DNA from: an uncultured Chitinophagaceae bacterium
GTDB lineage: Bacteria > Bacteroidota > Bacteroidia > Chitinophagales > Chitinophagaceae
Direction of reading: 5' to 3'
Assembly (NCBI GenBank): GCA_963819925.1
Contig: CAWFYG010000005.1
Location: 381,849 to 445,848 of the forward strand
Length of the DNA stretch: 64,000 nucleotides
Both the position numbers and the translations under genes were made by a program. The notes below the pieces were generated by a model. It was not told the DNA's origin. It saw only the letters and a list, made by a program, of their open reading frames with translations, and did not search any database. Below, piece by piece: positions 10,063-18,628 of this stretch. How positions within the stretch are numbered: the stretch's first letter is position 1; each line of letters opens with the position of its first letter.

Positions 10063-11451
10063 ATGGATGATTATTTCTTTGGGATAACGGACACGGGCAA
10101 ACGAAGGGAAAAAAACGAAGATACTTTTATTTCCTGCGAAGTTGTTAAAAATGAGCTCGCGGTTGCCTGTGTGATAGATGGAGTTGGCGGCTACAGTGGC
10201 GGAGATGTTGCTGCTGCAATCGCCAGGACCGTAATCCTTGAGCAACTGGATAATTTGACGGTGGATATATCAGCAACACTACAGACCGCTTTAGTCGCCG
10301 CCAATGCTAAAATACTGGAAGAAAAAAAGAAAGACCCTGTAAATGAGCAGATGGCCTGCGTGGTAACATGTGTAGTAACCGATGTAAAGAACAATAAACT
10401 CTACTATGCACATGTTGGAGACACAAGGCTTTATCTGCAAAGAGACCACTCCCTGGTAAAACTATCTAAAGATCATTCTGCAGTAGGATTTCTTGAAGAG
10501 TCAGGCCGCTTGTCGGAAGCAGATGCCATGCGTCATCCGCGGCGCAACGAGATTACCAAGGCCCTGGGCTTTGAGGAAAATATTAATGATATCGATGGCT
10601 TTATTGAAACAGGCGAATCCCCTTTCCTTCCGGGAGATGTTATCCTGGTGTGCAGCGATGGGCTGTCAGATATGGTTGATTCCAAAACTATGCTTGGTAT
10701 CCTTCTTAATAAAAACAGCCTTGGCAAAAAAGCCGAAGAACTGGTAGTTGCTGCCAATGACGCGGGGGGAAATGATAACATTACCGCGGTATTAGTACAA
10801 AATAATAATCAACCTATGCCGAAGGTCGTCTTAAAACCACCAGAAAAAAAACACGGTGTCGGAAAGAATCAACCTGATAAAAAATCCTCACCCGGAGAAT
10901 ACCGGGAGTTACCGGTTAGGCGTAAACGAGGATTGCTTGTATTGTTAACTCTCGTGCCTATTGGCCTTTTGGCGATGGTATTGTTTCAAAAAGCTACTCC
11001 AAAGAAAAATAATATTATTTTGAACCCGGTGACGGCAAAGCCAAAAAATGAAAAACAGGATCTTTTTATCCGTAGTGCCAAAGATTCCACAAAGACATAC
11101 CAATTTGCCCCGGCAGAAGCATTAGTACGTCTTTCCGAGCCGGTTCTGATCACTAAGGATAGTTTTTATATTAAAGGGAATGGCGCTACTATTACCTGCG
11201 ACTCGAATTACAGGGGTCCCGCCGTAATTATAAATAAAACGCCAAAAGCCATAGTATTGGACAGCATTGTATTTAAAAATTTTGATGTGGCCGTTGTTGT
11301 TCAAAAGAACAATGTGGTCTTTAAAAATGTGAGGTTTATAAATTGCCGTGTGCCGGTGCAGTACCTGTTATCATTTCCGGATACTGCTATATCGGGGCGC
11401 ATAAAAGATTCCATCTTCATCCATTTTAAACCTTTAAAAAGCCACAAATGA
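10063..11451 (+). CDS. PP2C/PPM family Ser/Thr phosphatase with TM helix and extracytoplasmic domain
   Basis: TDTGKRREKNED, VIDGVGG, HVGDTRLY, DHS, LVCSDGL, GGNDNITAV; TM GLLVLLTLVPIGLLAMVLF; beta-rich C-terminus. Confidence 0.93.
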   Translation: MDDYFFGITDTGKRREKNEDTFISCEVVKNELAVACVIDGVGGYSGGDVAAAIARTVILEQLDNLTVDISATLQTALVAANAKILEEKKKDPVNEQMACVVTCVVTDVKNNKLYYAHVGDTRLYLQRDHSLVKLSKDHSAVGFLEESGRLSEADAMRHPRRNEITKALGFEENINDIDGFIETGESPFLPGDVILVCSDGLSDMVDSKTMLGILLNKNSLGKKAEELVVAANDAGGNDNITAVLVQNNNQPMPKVVLKPPEKKHGVGKNQPDKKSSPGEYRELPVRRKRGLLVLLTLVPIGLLAMVLFQKATPKKNNIILNPVTAKPKNEKQDLFIRSAKDSTKTYQFAPAEALVRLSEPVLITKDSFYIKGNGATITCDSNYRGPAVIINKTPKAIVLDSIVFKNFDVAVVVQKNNVVFKNVRFINCRVPVQYLLSFPDTAISGRIKDSIFIHFKPLKSHK

Positions 11452-14400
11452 CATCTGAAAAAACATTGTTCAACTGCAGGAAATTGGAGCGCCTTGCATT
11501 GGTCCTTATCTCCGTAGTTATGGCTTTGCTTTTTCTAAAAATGTTTTCTGTATTGCAGCGGGACTTCGCCGAAGTAAATACCAGGATGGAGCATGGCACC
11601 ATGGTCAACCTCAATAATATTAATGATTCGGCTGGTATAAAAAGGCTTTTAACCAAGGGATTATATTTTGAAGATCAGAAAGATGTTGATTTTATTGCAT
11701 TAACCATTAAGGCTGCCAAAGATCCTACGAGAACTATCGATAATGTAGGGGAACTTAATAAGCAACGCTATTTTGTAAATGCAGATGAAGCATTTGCCAA
11801 AGGCGGCAAATCATTTAAAAGCCGCGTAGCCTTATCTAGAAGTCTGCTGGGCTTTTTCGGGCCGGACTCCATATCGTTTGAGAAGGAAAGGTTGCATCCG
11901 TTGCAGGTAACTTCGCAGACCAACGTCGGTCTTGGCGTATACAATATTTCAGGTGCTATCACCAATCACCAGGATCAGCCCATTGCACGAGCCCTTGTAA
12001 GACTAAGGTCGTTGGCTTCGCCTGATAGCAATATGACCGCTGACCAGGGGGGAGATTCAAAAGAAATCATTCAATTTAATAACGGCGTAAGAAAAATATT
12101 CATTTTAGATTCGGCTAAACAAAGGCAACTGGTTTCGTTTTATGCCTATGCGCGCACAGACGCATCAGGAAAGTTTATTTTTTCAGGACTGCCCGAACAT
12201 AGGGCTTATGAACTGCTTCCATTGCAACCGGGTTACGAGTTCGGTCCGGTAAAGGGTACGCAAAATCTGAAGAGTAATACCAGCTTTAGTTTTGTTCAGT
12301 CACCACATACACTGAGGCTTTTTTCTTCAAAGGACTTCAGCACGCTAAAAAAAGAAAAGGCATTCATCGTAAGAATGCCGGAAGAAGTGAGCAGTTGGTA
12401 TTGGACGATCGTGGGTGTGTTTTTCTTTTCTTTCCTATTGCTCCATATCATTTTTACTATTCGTTCCCCTGGTGCAGATCAGTTGCTGTTACCCATCATC
12501 ATGATCCTCACCGGGCTTTCATTCCTCACTTTGTTTAGCTTGCAGGATCCGTTACGCGATCGCTTCCTGGCGAAAAGTTCCTTCATTTATTTTTCTATAG
12601 GAATTGCAGGTATCATAATTCTACAGTTTATCAATCTTAAAAAGTTTACGGCAGATTCCGGTTTATTTCGGATGTTCATTTTTAAGAACAACCGGAGCGC
12701 TGCTAACGGTTGGCCATGGGCGCTAGGAGCATTAGGACTGTTATTATTGACCATTTTTTTCGGTAGCGGCCCACAGGGAAGCGGCGTTAAAGTAAATCTT
12801 TTCGGTTTTCAGCCGAGTGAATTGGTAAAATACCTTTTGATCATATTCCTTGCTGCATTCTTCTCCAGGAATGAAAATTTTATTTCCCAATATCTATCCT
12901 GGAATAAAAGGCTGCGTTTTTTCATAATGGCGCTAGGTGCCATTGTTGCAGCAATATTACTATTCTTCGTGCTCGGTGATCTTGGTCCTGGCATAGTTTG
13001 TTGTTTCACGTTCATAGTACTTTTTTCTTTTTCACGAGGAGATTTTATGCAGGTGGTTGCAGCTATGGTATTGTATGCAGTAAGTATTTGGCTACTTAAA
13101 AACGTTTGGCTTGCCACGGGTATAACGGTAGGGCTACTCGCACTTTACATGTTATTTGCCAAAAGAAAATTGAGCGAATCTACTGTGATGGCGCTTGTAG
13201 TTGTAAGCGGATTTTTATTGCTTGACCAGGTTCATGTGCTAGCGAAAATTATTCCCGGCCCAATGCAACGTCTTGTTGAAAGAAAAGCAATCTGGTCAGA
13301 TCCATGGAACAACCAGGTATTTGGCGGAGATCAGATAGCCAACGGTATCTGGGCCATTTCTACCGGTGGCATCACTGGCCAGGGTGCTGGCGAAGGATTT
13401 GCAAAAACGATTCCCGAAGCGCATACCGACATGATCCTTCCTGCAATAGGTGAAGAATTTGGCTGGGCAGGAATCACCTGTATTTTTATTTTGTTCCTCA
13501 TTTACCTGCACCGTTCAGTTATCATTGGCAGGCAAACAGGCACACCATTTTTATTTTATTTATGTGCAGGTATTGGCATCGGGACGTTCGTGCAGTTCTT
13601 GCTGATCGCAGGCGGGTCCACCGGGGCGCTCCCCCTTTCGGGCGTAGCGTTGCCCTTCACCAGCTATGGGGGCACCTCCTTATTGTGCAGCATGATCGCG
13701 GCAGGCGTGCTTTTATCTGCATCACGACTCAATGGCTCCAAAGTTCAGATGAAATACATGATGCAGCGACAGGATAAAAATTTAATGCCGGCTTTACTTT
13801 CGGCTTGCATGGCCATTGTACTGCTGGTGATCAATGTATCTTCTTATTCCTTTCATAATAAAAAATGGATCGTAGAACCTGCCCTGGTGGCTGATCGTAG
13901 CGGGGGAAGGCTGTTCAGCTATAATCCAAGAATAAATATTTTGATGAACAGGCTGCAGGCGGGAAATATATTTGACCGGAACGGAAACATATTGGCAACC
14001 AGTGACCCAAAACTAGTGCAAAAAGAAAAAGATTCTCTCTCATCATACGGAATACCCGTTGCCGATATCGCCTCATTATCTTATAAAAGAGCAGACCGTT
14101 ATTATCCTTTTGGCGAACAGATGTTCTTCTGGACCGGTGATGCAAACACACATATTTTCGATGGCGGCAACAATGGTTATTTTGCTGAGTACGCTCATGC
14201 ATCGGAACTCCGCGGCTTTCCTGCCCCGCTGGTAAAATACCAGGTGGGCGCAAGTTCTTACCGACCCGAAAAATTTTTGCCGGCAACGGAAACTCAAATG
14301 ACCATATCGAAAAGAGATTATAGTGCGCTTGCTAATCTGCTCCTCGCAGGTATCAATAGTAATGAAGTGGAGCAATTCAAAAAACGCAATCGTGATGTCA

Positions 14401-15596
14401 CGCTCACCATGGATGTAGCCCTTCAAACTAAAATTCAACTTTCGTTGCAGCATGATGACAGCGTAAGAAGAAAACGAGTATCCGTCGTAGTTATGGAAGA
14501 TAATACTGGTGAAGTAATTGCATCTGCTATGTGGCCCTTGCCTCCGGTTAATGATTGGGATCGGATGAATTTAAGTGACGCCGAATTAAACGATTTACCC
14601 GGATGGAATGTAAACAGTGATATTGGTTTTACGCACGCAACGCAGCCAGGTTCAACGGCAAAGTTGATTACAGCGCTGGCAGCATTTAATAAACTTGGAA
14701 ATGCTGCTGCCAAAAAAATAATCCGTGTATATCCTCAGGATCTTATTCGTACTAACGGTCCCGAACCTGATGAAGCCGGCCTTATCAATATTGAGCGGGC
14801 TATTGTAAAATCCAATAACTCTTTTTTTATCCGGCTGGCAAACGAAGCTCATTTGCAGGAGGAGATGGCTACTTTATATATGCAGTCCGGAATGTTTCTC
14901 CGTGGTGTGGGTGGATATTATTTTGAGAACGAAAATAGCAATACTGACCAGCAGGAAAAATGGCGCGAGCTGTGGCGAAACACTGAATTCAAAAGCATTC
15001 TCCGATATGACCCCAACAACATCAGGCGAACCCGGGCCCTTGGAATTTCCGGCATGGCATGGGGACAGGGAGAATTAGTATCAACACCCGCATCTGTAGC
15101 AAGAATTGCATCGGCAATTGCCAACAATGGCATAATGGTTCCTAACCAGTACGTGCTTAATATAAACGGGAAACCGGCAAAAAGTAAACCAGGCTTTTCT
15201 ATTGTGAATGATTCTCTCTATGCGCAGCTACTTGAACGCTACATGAAGGAACAGAGCGCTACCAAAAAGGACAGGCTCGGCATTTATGTCGCTGGTAAAA
15301 CGGGCACTCCTGAAAGAATTTATAAAGGAGAAAGCATCAACGATGGCTGGTATGTATTTTTCGCACCAAAAGCTGAAGGCGAAGGACACATTGTAGTTTG
15401 TATAAGAATTGAAGGAACGAGGGGATCTAGCGACGCGGTGCAACTGGCAGGGAGAACCATTATTCCATTGCTATTGGAGCGTAATTATATAAAAAGCTTT
15501 GAGGCGCGGCCTCCGCTAAAGTCAATTCATGATAACAATCAGCCTGTCCAGAAGGTTGCGGACGAACTGGCAAAGAAAATTGATCGTGATCATTGA
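11448..15596 (+). CDS. Fused SEDS (RodA/FtsW) glycosyltransferase + class B penicillin-binding transpeptidase
   Basis: SEDS motifs FQPSE, GDLG, IPEAHTD (Asp661), GEEFG, LPFTSYGG; then a TM anchor, GNIFDRNG, LTMDVALQ; PBP motifs STAK (Ser1069), SNN (1122), KTG (1284); one uninterrupted ORF; ATGA overlap with the phosphatase stop. Confidence 0.93.
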   Translation: MTSEKTLFNCRKLERLALVLISVVMALLFLKMFSVLQRDFAEVNTRMEHGTMVNLNNINDSAGIKRLLTKGLYFEDQKDVDFIALTIKAAKDPTRTIDNVGELNKQRYFVNADEAFAKGGKSFKSRVALSRSLLGFFGPDSISFEKERLHPLQVTSQTNVGLGVYNISGAITNHQDQPIARALVRLRSLASPDSNMTADQGGDSKEIIQFNNGVRKIFILDSAKQRQLVSFYAYARTDASGKFIFSGLPEHRAYELLPLQPGYEFGPVKGTQNLKSNTSFSFVQSPHTLRLFSSKDFSTLKKEKAFIVRMPEEVSSWYWTIVGVFFFSFLLLHIIFTIRSPGADQLLLPIIMILTGLSFLTLFSLQDPLRDRFLAKSSFIYFSIGIAGIIILQFINLKKFTADSGLFRMFIFKNNRSAANGWPWALGALGLLLLTIFFGSGPQGSGVKVNLFGFQPSELVKYLLIIFLAAFFSRNENFISQYLSWNKRLRFFIMALGAIVAAILLFFVLGDLGPGIVCCFTFIVLFSFSRGDFMQVVAAMVLYAVSIWLLKNVWLATGITVGLLALYMLFAKRKLSESTVMALVVVSGFLLLDQVHVLAKIIPGPMQRLVERKAIWSDPWNNQVFGGDQIANGIWAISTGGITGQGAGEGFAKTIPEAHTDMILPAIGEEFGWAGITCIFILFLIYLHRSVIIGRQTGTPFLFYLCAGIGIGTFVQFLLIAGGSTGALPLSGVALPFTSYGGTSLLCSMIAAGVLLSASRLNGSKVQMKYMMQRQDKNLMPALLSACMAIVLLVINVSSYSFHNKKWIVEPALVADRSGGRLFSYNPRINILMNRLQAGNIFDRNGNILATSDPKLVQKEKDSLSSYGIPVADIASLSYKRADRYYPFGEQMFFWTGDANTHIFDGGNNGYFAEYAHASELRGFPAPLVKYQVGASSYRPEKFLPATETQMTISKRDYSALANLLLAGINSNEVEQFKKRNRDVTLTMDVALQTKIQLSLQHDDSVRRKRVSVVVMEDNTGEVIASAMWPLPPVNDWDRMNLSDAELNDLPGWNVNSDIGFTHATQPGSTAKLITALAAFNKLGNAAAKKIIRVYPQDLIRTNGPEPDEAGLINIERAIVKSNNSFFIRLANEAHLQEEMATLYMQSGMFLRGVGGYYFENENSNTDQQEKWRELWRNTEFKSILRYDPNNIRRTRALGISGMAWGQGELVSTPASVARIASAIANNGIMVPNQYVLNINGKPAKSKPGFSIVNDSLYAQLLERYMKEQSATKKDRLGIYVAGKTGTPERIYKGESINDGWYVFFAPKAEGEGHIVVCIRIEGTRGSSDAVQLAGRTIIPLLLERNYIKSFEARPPLKSIHDNNQPVQKVADELAKKIDRDH

Positions 15597-15669
15597 GAGA
15601 ACATAGCAGCAGGCAAAAGAGTATGAGTGCGTGAAATAAACAAAACAGATTATAAAAATAAATAAGCCA

Positions 15670-16446
15670 ATGTTCAAACTATTTAAAGATCCCGGAGTAG
15701 ACGTAAAAAAGATCCGTCACACATTGTTGCAATTCATCAAAGAGAAATTACAGAAAGCTGAAGGAGGCGAAGGCGCTGATATAAATGGCATACATCTTTA
15801 TATCAATTGCGATAGCCCCGAACGGTATTTATATGAGTCTGCGGTGTATGCTTCAAGCCCCGGAAAATTTAGAGACGAAATTCAAAAAGTTGCCGATGAT
15901 TATGCGATACTTCTAAGATCGTCGTGGCAATGCGAAGTAGCTTTCACTAATATCTTTCCGGAACACTCTTACCTGGCACCCGAGGTAAATACAGCTCTCT
16001 TTATTTCAACAGGAAAAGCAAGTACGGCTGTTAAAAGATCGCCGGCTTTTATCCGCATATTAAGCGGCACTGCCGAGAAGGAATTGTATGTACTTAACCC
16101 ATCGAAAGAAAAAATAAATATTGGCCGTGAAGCTCAGGCGCAACTGAGCGGTGGCTTTGTGCGGAAGAATGTGATTGCATTTACTGCAGTAGGGTCAATG
16201 GATATTAACCGTTCCGTAAGTAGACAACATGCTCACATTGAATGGGAGCCATCGAGTGGAGCATTTTTAGTCTTTGCAGATGAAGGCGGCATACCGCCAC
16301 ACAATAAAATGAAAATACGTACCGCAGAAGGAAGTTCAATAAAAATGCACGCGATTGAGGTAGGCCATCGCTTGCAGGAAGGTGACCAGGTGATACTGGG
16401 CGACAATGCGGTGCTTGAATTTACTTATTCAGGATTGGACAATTAG
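15670..16446 (+). CDS. FHA domain protein
   Basis: INIGRE, SVSRQHAHI, HRLQEGDQVILG: canonical FHA GR and SxxH motifs after a roughly 120-aa N-terminal domain. Confidence 0.85.
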   Translation: MFKLFKDPGVDVKKIRHTLLQFIKEKLQKAEGGEGADINGIHLYINCDSPERYLYESAVYASSPGKFRDEIQKVADDYAILLRSSWQCEVAFTNIFPEHSYLAPEVNTALFISTGKASTAVKRSPAFIRILSGTAEKELYVLNPSKEKINIGREAQAQLSGGFVRKNVIAFTAVGSMDINRSVSRQHAHIEWEPSSGAFLVFADEGGIPPHNKMKIRTAEGSSIKMHAIEVGHRLQEGDQVILGDNAVLEFTYSGLDN

Positions 16447-16447
16447 T

Positions 16448-18076
16448 ATGGCAAAAGTATTTACGATAACGGAAGGATTAGAAAACCTGGGTGCATTAAA
16501 ATCCGGCGGCCAGGGATCAGTATATAAAGCACGGCGACATGGTGAAATCATTACCGCCATCAAAATATTGCCAACGCCAATTTACAGTGAAACGGATGAG
16601 GATAAAAATTTTTCTTCTTTTCAAAACGAGGTACAAAAATTAAAAAAGGTAAACGAAACATCGAACCCGAATGTCGTCAGCATCGTTGCTTCCGGTATTA
16701 CCACCTCTGGTAATTTTCCATACATTGAAATGGAATATATTGAAGGCACGGACCTCGGTGAATTGCTGAAATCTCCCTGCGACCCGGTTTTTACTATTAA
16801 GGAAACAATTAAGTTGGCTGACCATTTATCCAATGCATTGGCCCATTGCCACCGGGCAGATATAAAGCATGGCGATATTAAAAGCAATAATGTAAAATTC
16901 AATAAGCGTACGGGTAATTATATGCTGCTCGACTTTGGATTATCCATTATGTCGGACGAGCAACGCCGAACCAGTATACGCCATGCCGGCGCGATAGAAT
17001 TTATGGCGCCGGAGCAAAACATGGGTGTAATGTATTTTGAAACAGACATCTATAGTTTTGGAATCATACTCTTTGAGTTGTTGGCAGGTATCGTACCCTT
17101 TCCATTAAATAACCAGGGAGAGATGGGGCGTAATTCGGTGATGCTCGCCCATATGGAATCCAGCCCACCCGACCTGCTATCACTTCGCAGGCAGGCAATT
17201 CCTTCACATTGGAGCCATGAAAAGAAAGAACATGAAATGCAGGTGCCTTCCTGGCTCATCAAAATGGTTTACCGGTGCCTGGAGAAGGAACCTGAGAAGC
17301 GGTTTAGAAATGGAACGGAACTACAGGAGTTTATTCATTCGGGACTTATTGCTGAGGAAACAAAGGCTGCTAATAACTCAACTGAGCAACTAACAGTCGT
17401 CCGCACACAGGAGTTACAGCTAAAGAAATATATCCAAAAATTGGAATTGCTGGCAGCAGAAAAGGACAGCCTGATAGAAGACCTACGAATGCAGGTTGAA
17501 TCGAAAGACAAGGCTCTCGAACAATACCAGTATTCGGATTACTATGCACTGACACCCAAAAAAACGGGGATTTCAAAAAGCCTGTTTATTATGGTGCTGT
17601 TAATTGCCCTTGGCCTCGGTGGGTTTACTACTTATGATTCATTTCTCCGGCCGGTTAATAATAATCTTTCAGATTCTTCGCTCGCAAAGGTGCAACCGCC
17701 GGTTAATCACGTAGATTCTTCTTCGACCGCTAACCATCAACCGCAGAAAAAACCCAGGTACAGATCCACCAAAAACACTGCCTTGCCTGCAAGCAGCACA
17801 GACAAAAAAGAGCCGGAGCAATCGAATAGTGATTTTGAAAACACTTCCTATAAAAGTCCTTCGGCCCGGCAACAGTATAAGGTGATTAACAATGCCTATT
17901 TTTATGTAACTCCCGACATTAAGACCAGGCGCAATGTTTACATTATTCCCGGCGAAGAACCTGTAACATCGCTCAATGAGAAGAACGGGTTTGTTTTTGT
18001 TTCATTTATCGACGCAGAGGGAAAAACCACGAAAGGTTGGATCTTAAAAAAAGATCTCAGAGCGGTGGATGACTAA
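16448..18076 (+). CDS. Membrane Hanks-type Ser/Thr protein kinase with C-terminal SH3b-like domain
   Basis: SGGQGSVY, AIK, HGDIKSNN, DFG, MAPE, DIYSFG; coiled coil; TM LFIMVLLIALGLGGF; C-terminal YKVINNAYFY...GFVFVSF...KGWILKKDL. ATG 16448 lies 1 nt after the FHA stop. Confidence 0.93.
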   Translation: MAKVFTITEGLENLGALKSGGQGSVYKARRHGEIITAIKILPTPIYSETDEDKNFSSFQNEVQKLKKVNETSNPNVVSIVASGITTSGNFPYIEMEYIEGTDLGELLKSPCDPVFTIKETIKLADHLSNALAHCHRADIKHGDIKSNNVKFNKRTGNYMLLDFGLSIMSDEQRRTSIRHAGAIEFMAPEQNMGVMYFETDIYSFGIILFELLAGIVPFPLNNQGEMGRNSVMLAHMESSPPDLLSLRRQAIPSHWSHEKKEHEMQVPSWLIKMVYRCLEKEPEKRFRNGTELQEFIHSGLIAEETKAANNSTEQLTVVRTQELQLKKYIQKLELLAAEKDSLIEDLRMQVESKDKALEQYQYSDYYALTPKKTGISKSLFIMVLLIALGLGGFTTYDSFLRPVNNNLSDSSLAKVQPPVNHVDSSSTANHQPQKKPRYRSTKNTALPASSTDKKEPEQSNSDFENTSYKSPSARQQYKVINNAYFYVTPDIKTRRNVYIIPGEEPVTSLNEKNGFVFVSFIDAEGKTTKGWILKKDLRAVDD

Positions 18077-18232
18077 ATACCGCATTGATGCTGTGACCCC
18101 GATCGGTGATCAGGTTAAATAAAGGAAGCAAAAATTTTATTTCACACCTGGGACAAAGAGTTTCGGCCAGAATTTAATGGGTATAAAATCCCATTGTTTC
18201 GAGGAATTCGGAAAAACGGGCAAAAGAATAAG

Positions 18233-18625
18233 TTACCTATGCATCCTTTTGTAAAGAGACCCAATGATAAAAACCTGTATCAGCACCATTATTAATGCAC
18301 TGGTGAGTATATAAGAAATTTCCGCAGGAATGGCGATGCTGAAATGAGGGATCTTAATACTATTTGCAATCTTGTTTAAGTAAGGAATCTTTGTTGCCTG
18401 TAATTGATAACCACTTGCAAAGGTAAACAGGATAATAAAGCACAGGAACGAAATTACTCCAACTAAAATACGTTTTGGTATCAAAGGTTTGTACACACTA
18501 GCTTTACGACTTGTTTCCATAATGGCACCCATCACATTTTCTGTAAAATCATTTGGAGGAGTATCCAGTCCTTCTTCACAAACTATGTTTTTTATAAGGT
18601 CATCTATTTTGTGCTTGTGTTCCAT
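18233..18625 (-). CDS. Putative membrane anti-sigma factor
   Basis: Directly downstream of the ECF sigma; PPNDFTENVM motif then two hydrophobic helices. Confidence 0.65.
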   Translation of the reverse strand: MEHKHKIDDLIKNIVCEEGLDTPPNDFTENVMGAIMETSRKASVYKPLIPKRILVGVISFLCFIILFTFASGYQLQATKIPYLNKIANSIKIPHFSIAIPAEISYILTSALIMVLIQVFIIGSLYKRMHR

Positions 18626-18628
18626 ACT

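Noticed and set aside
9014-18076. T6SS regulatory module (Fha/PppA/PpkA) interpretation
   Set aside because: No TssB/C, Hcp, VgrG or ClpV-type genes nearby; the embedded effector is a SEDS-PBP, which fits the cell-wall operon model
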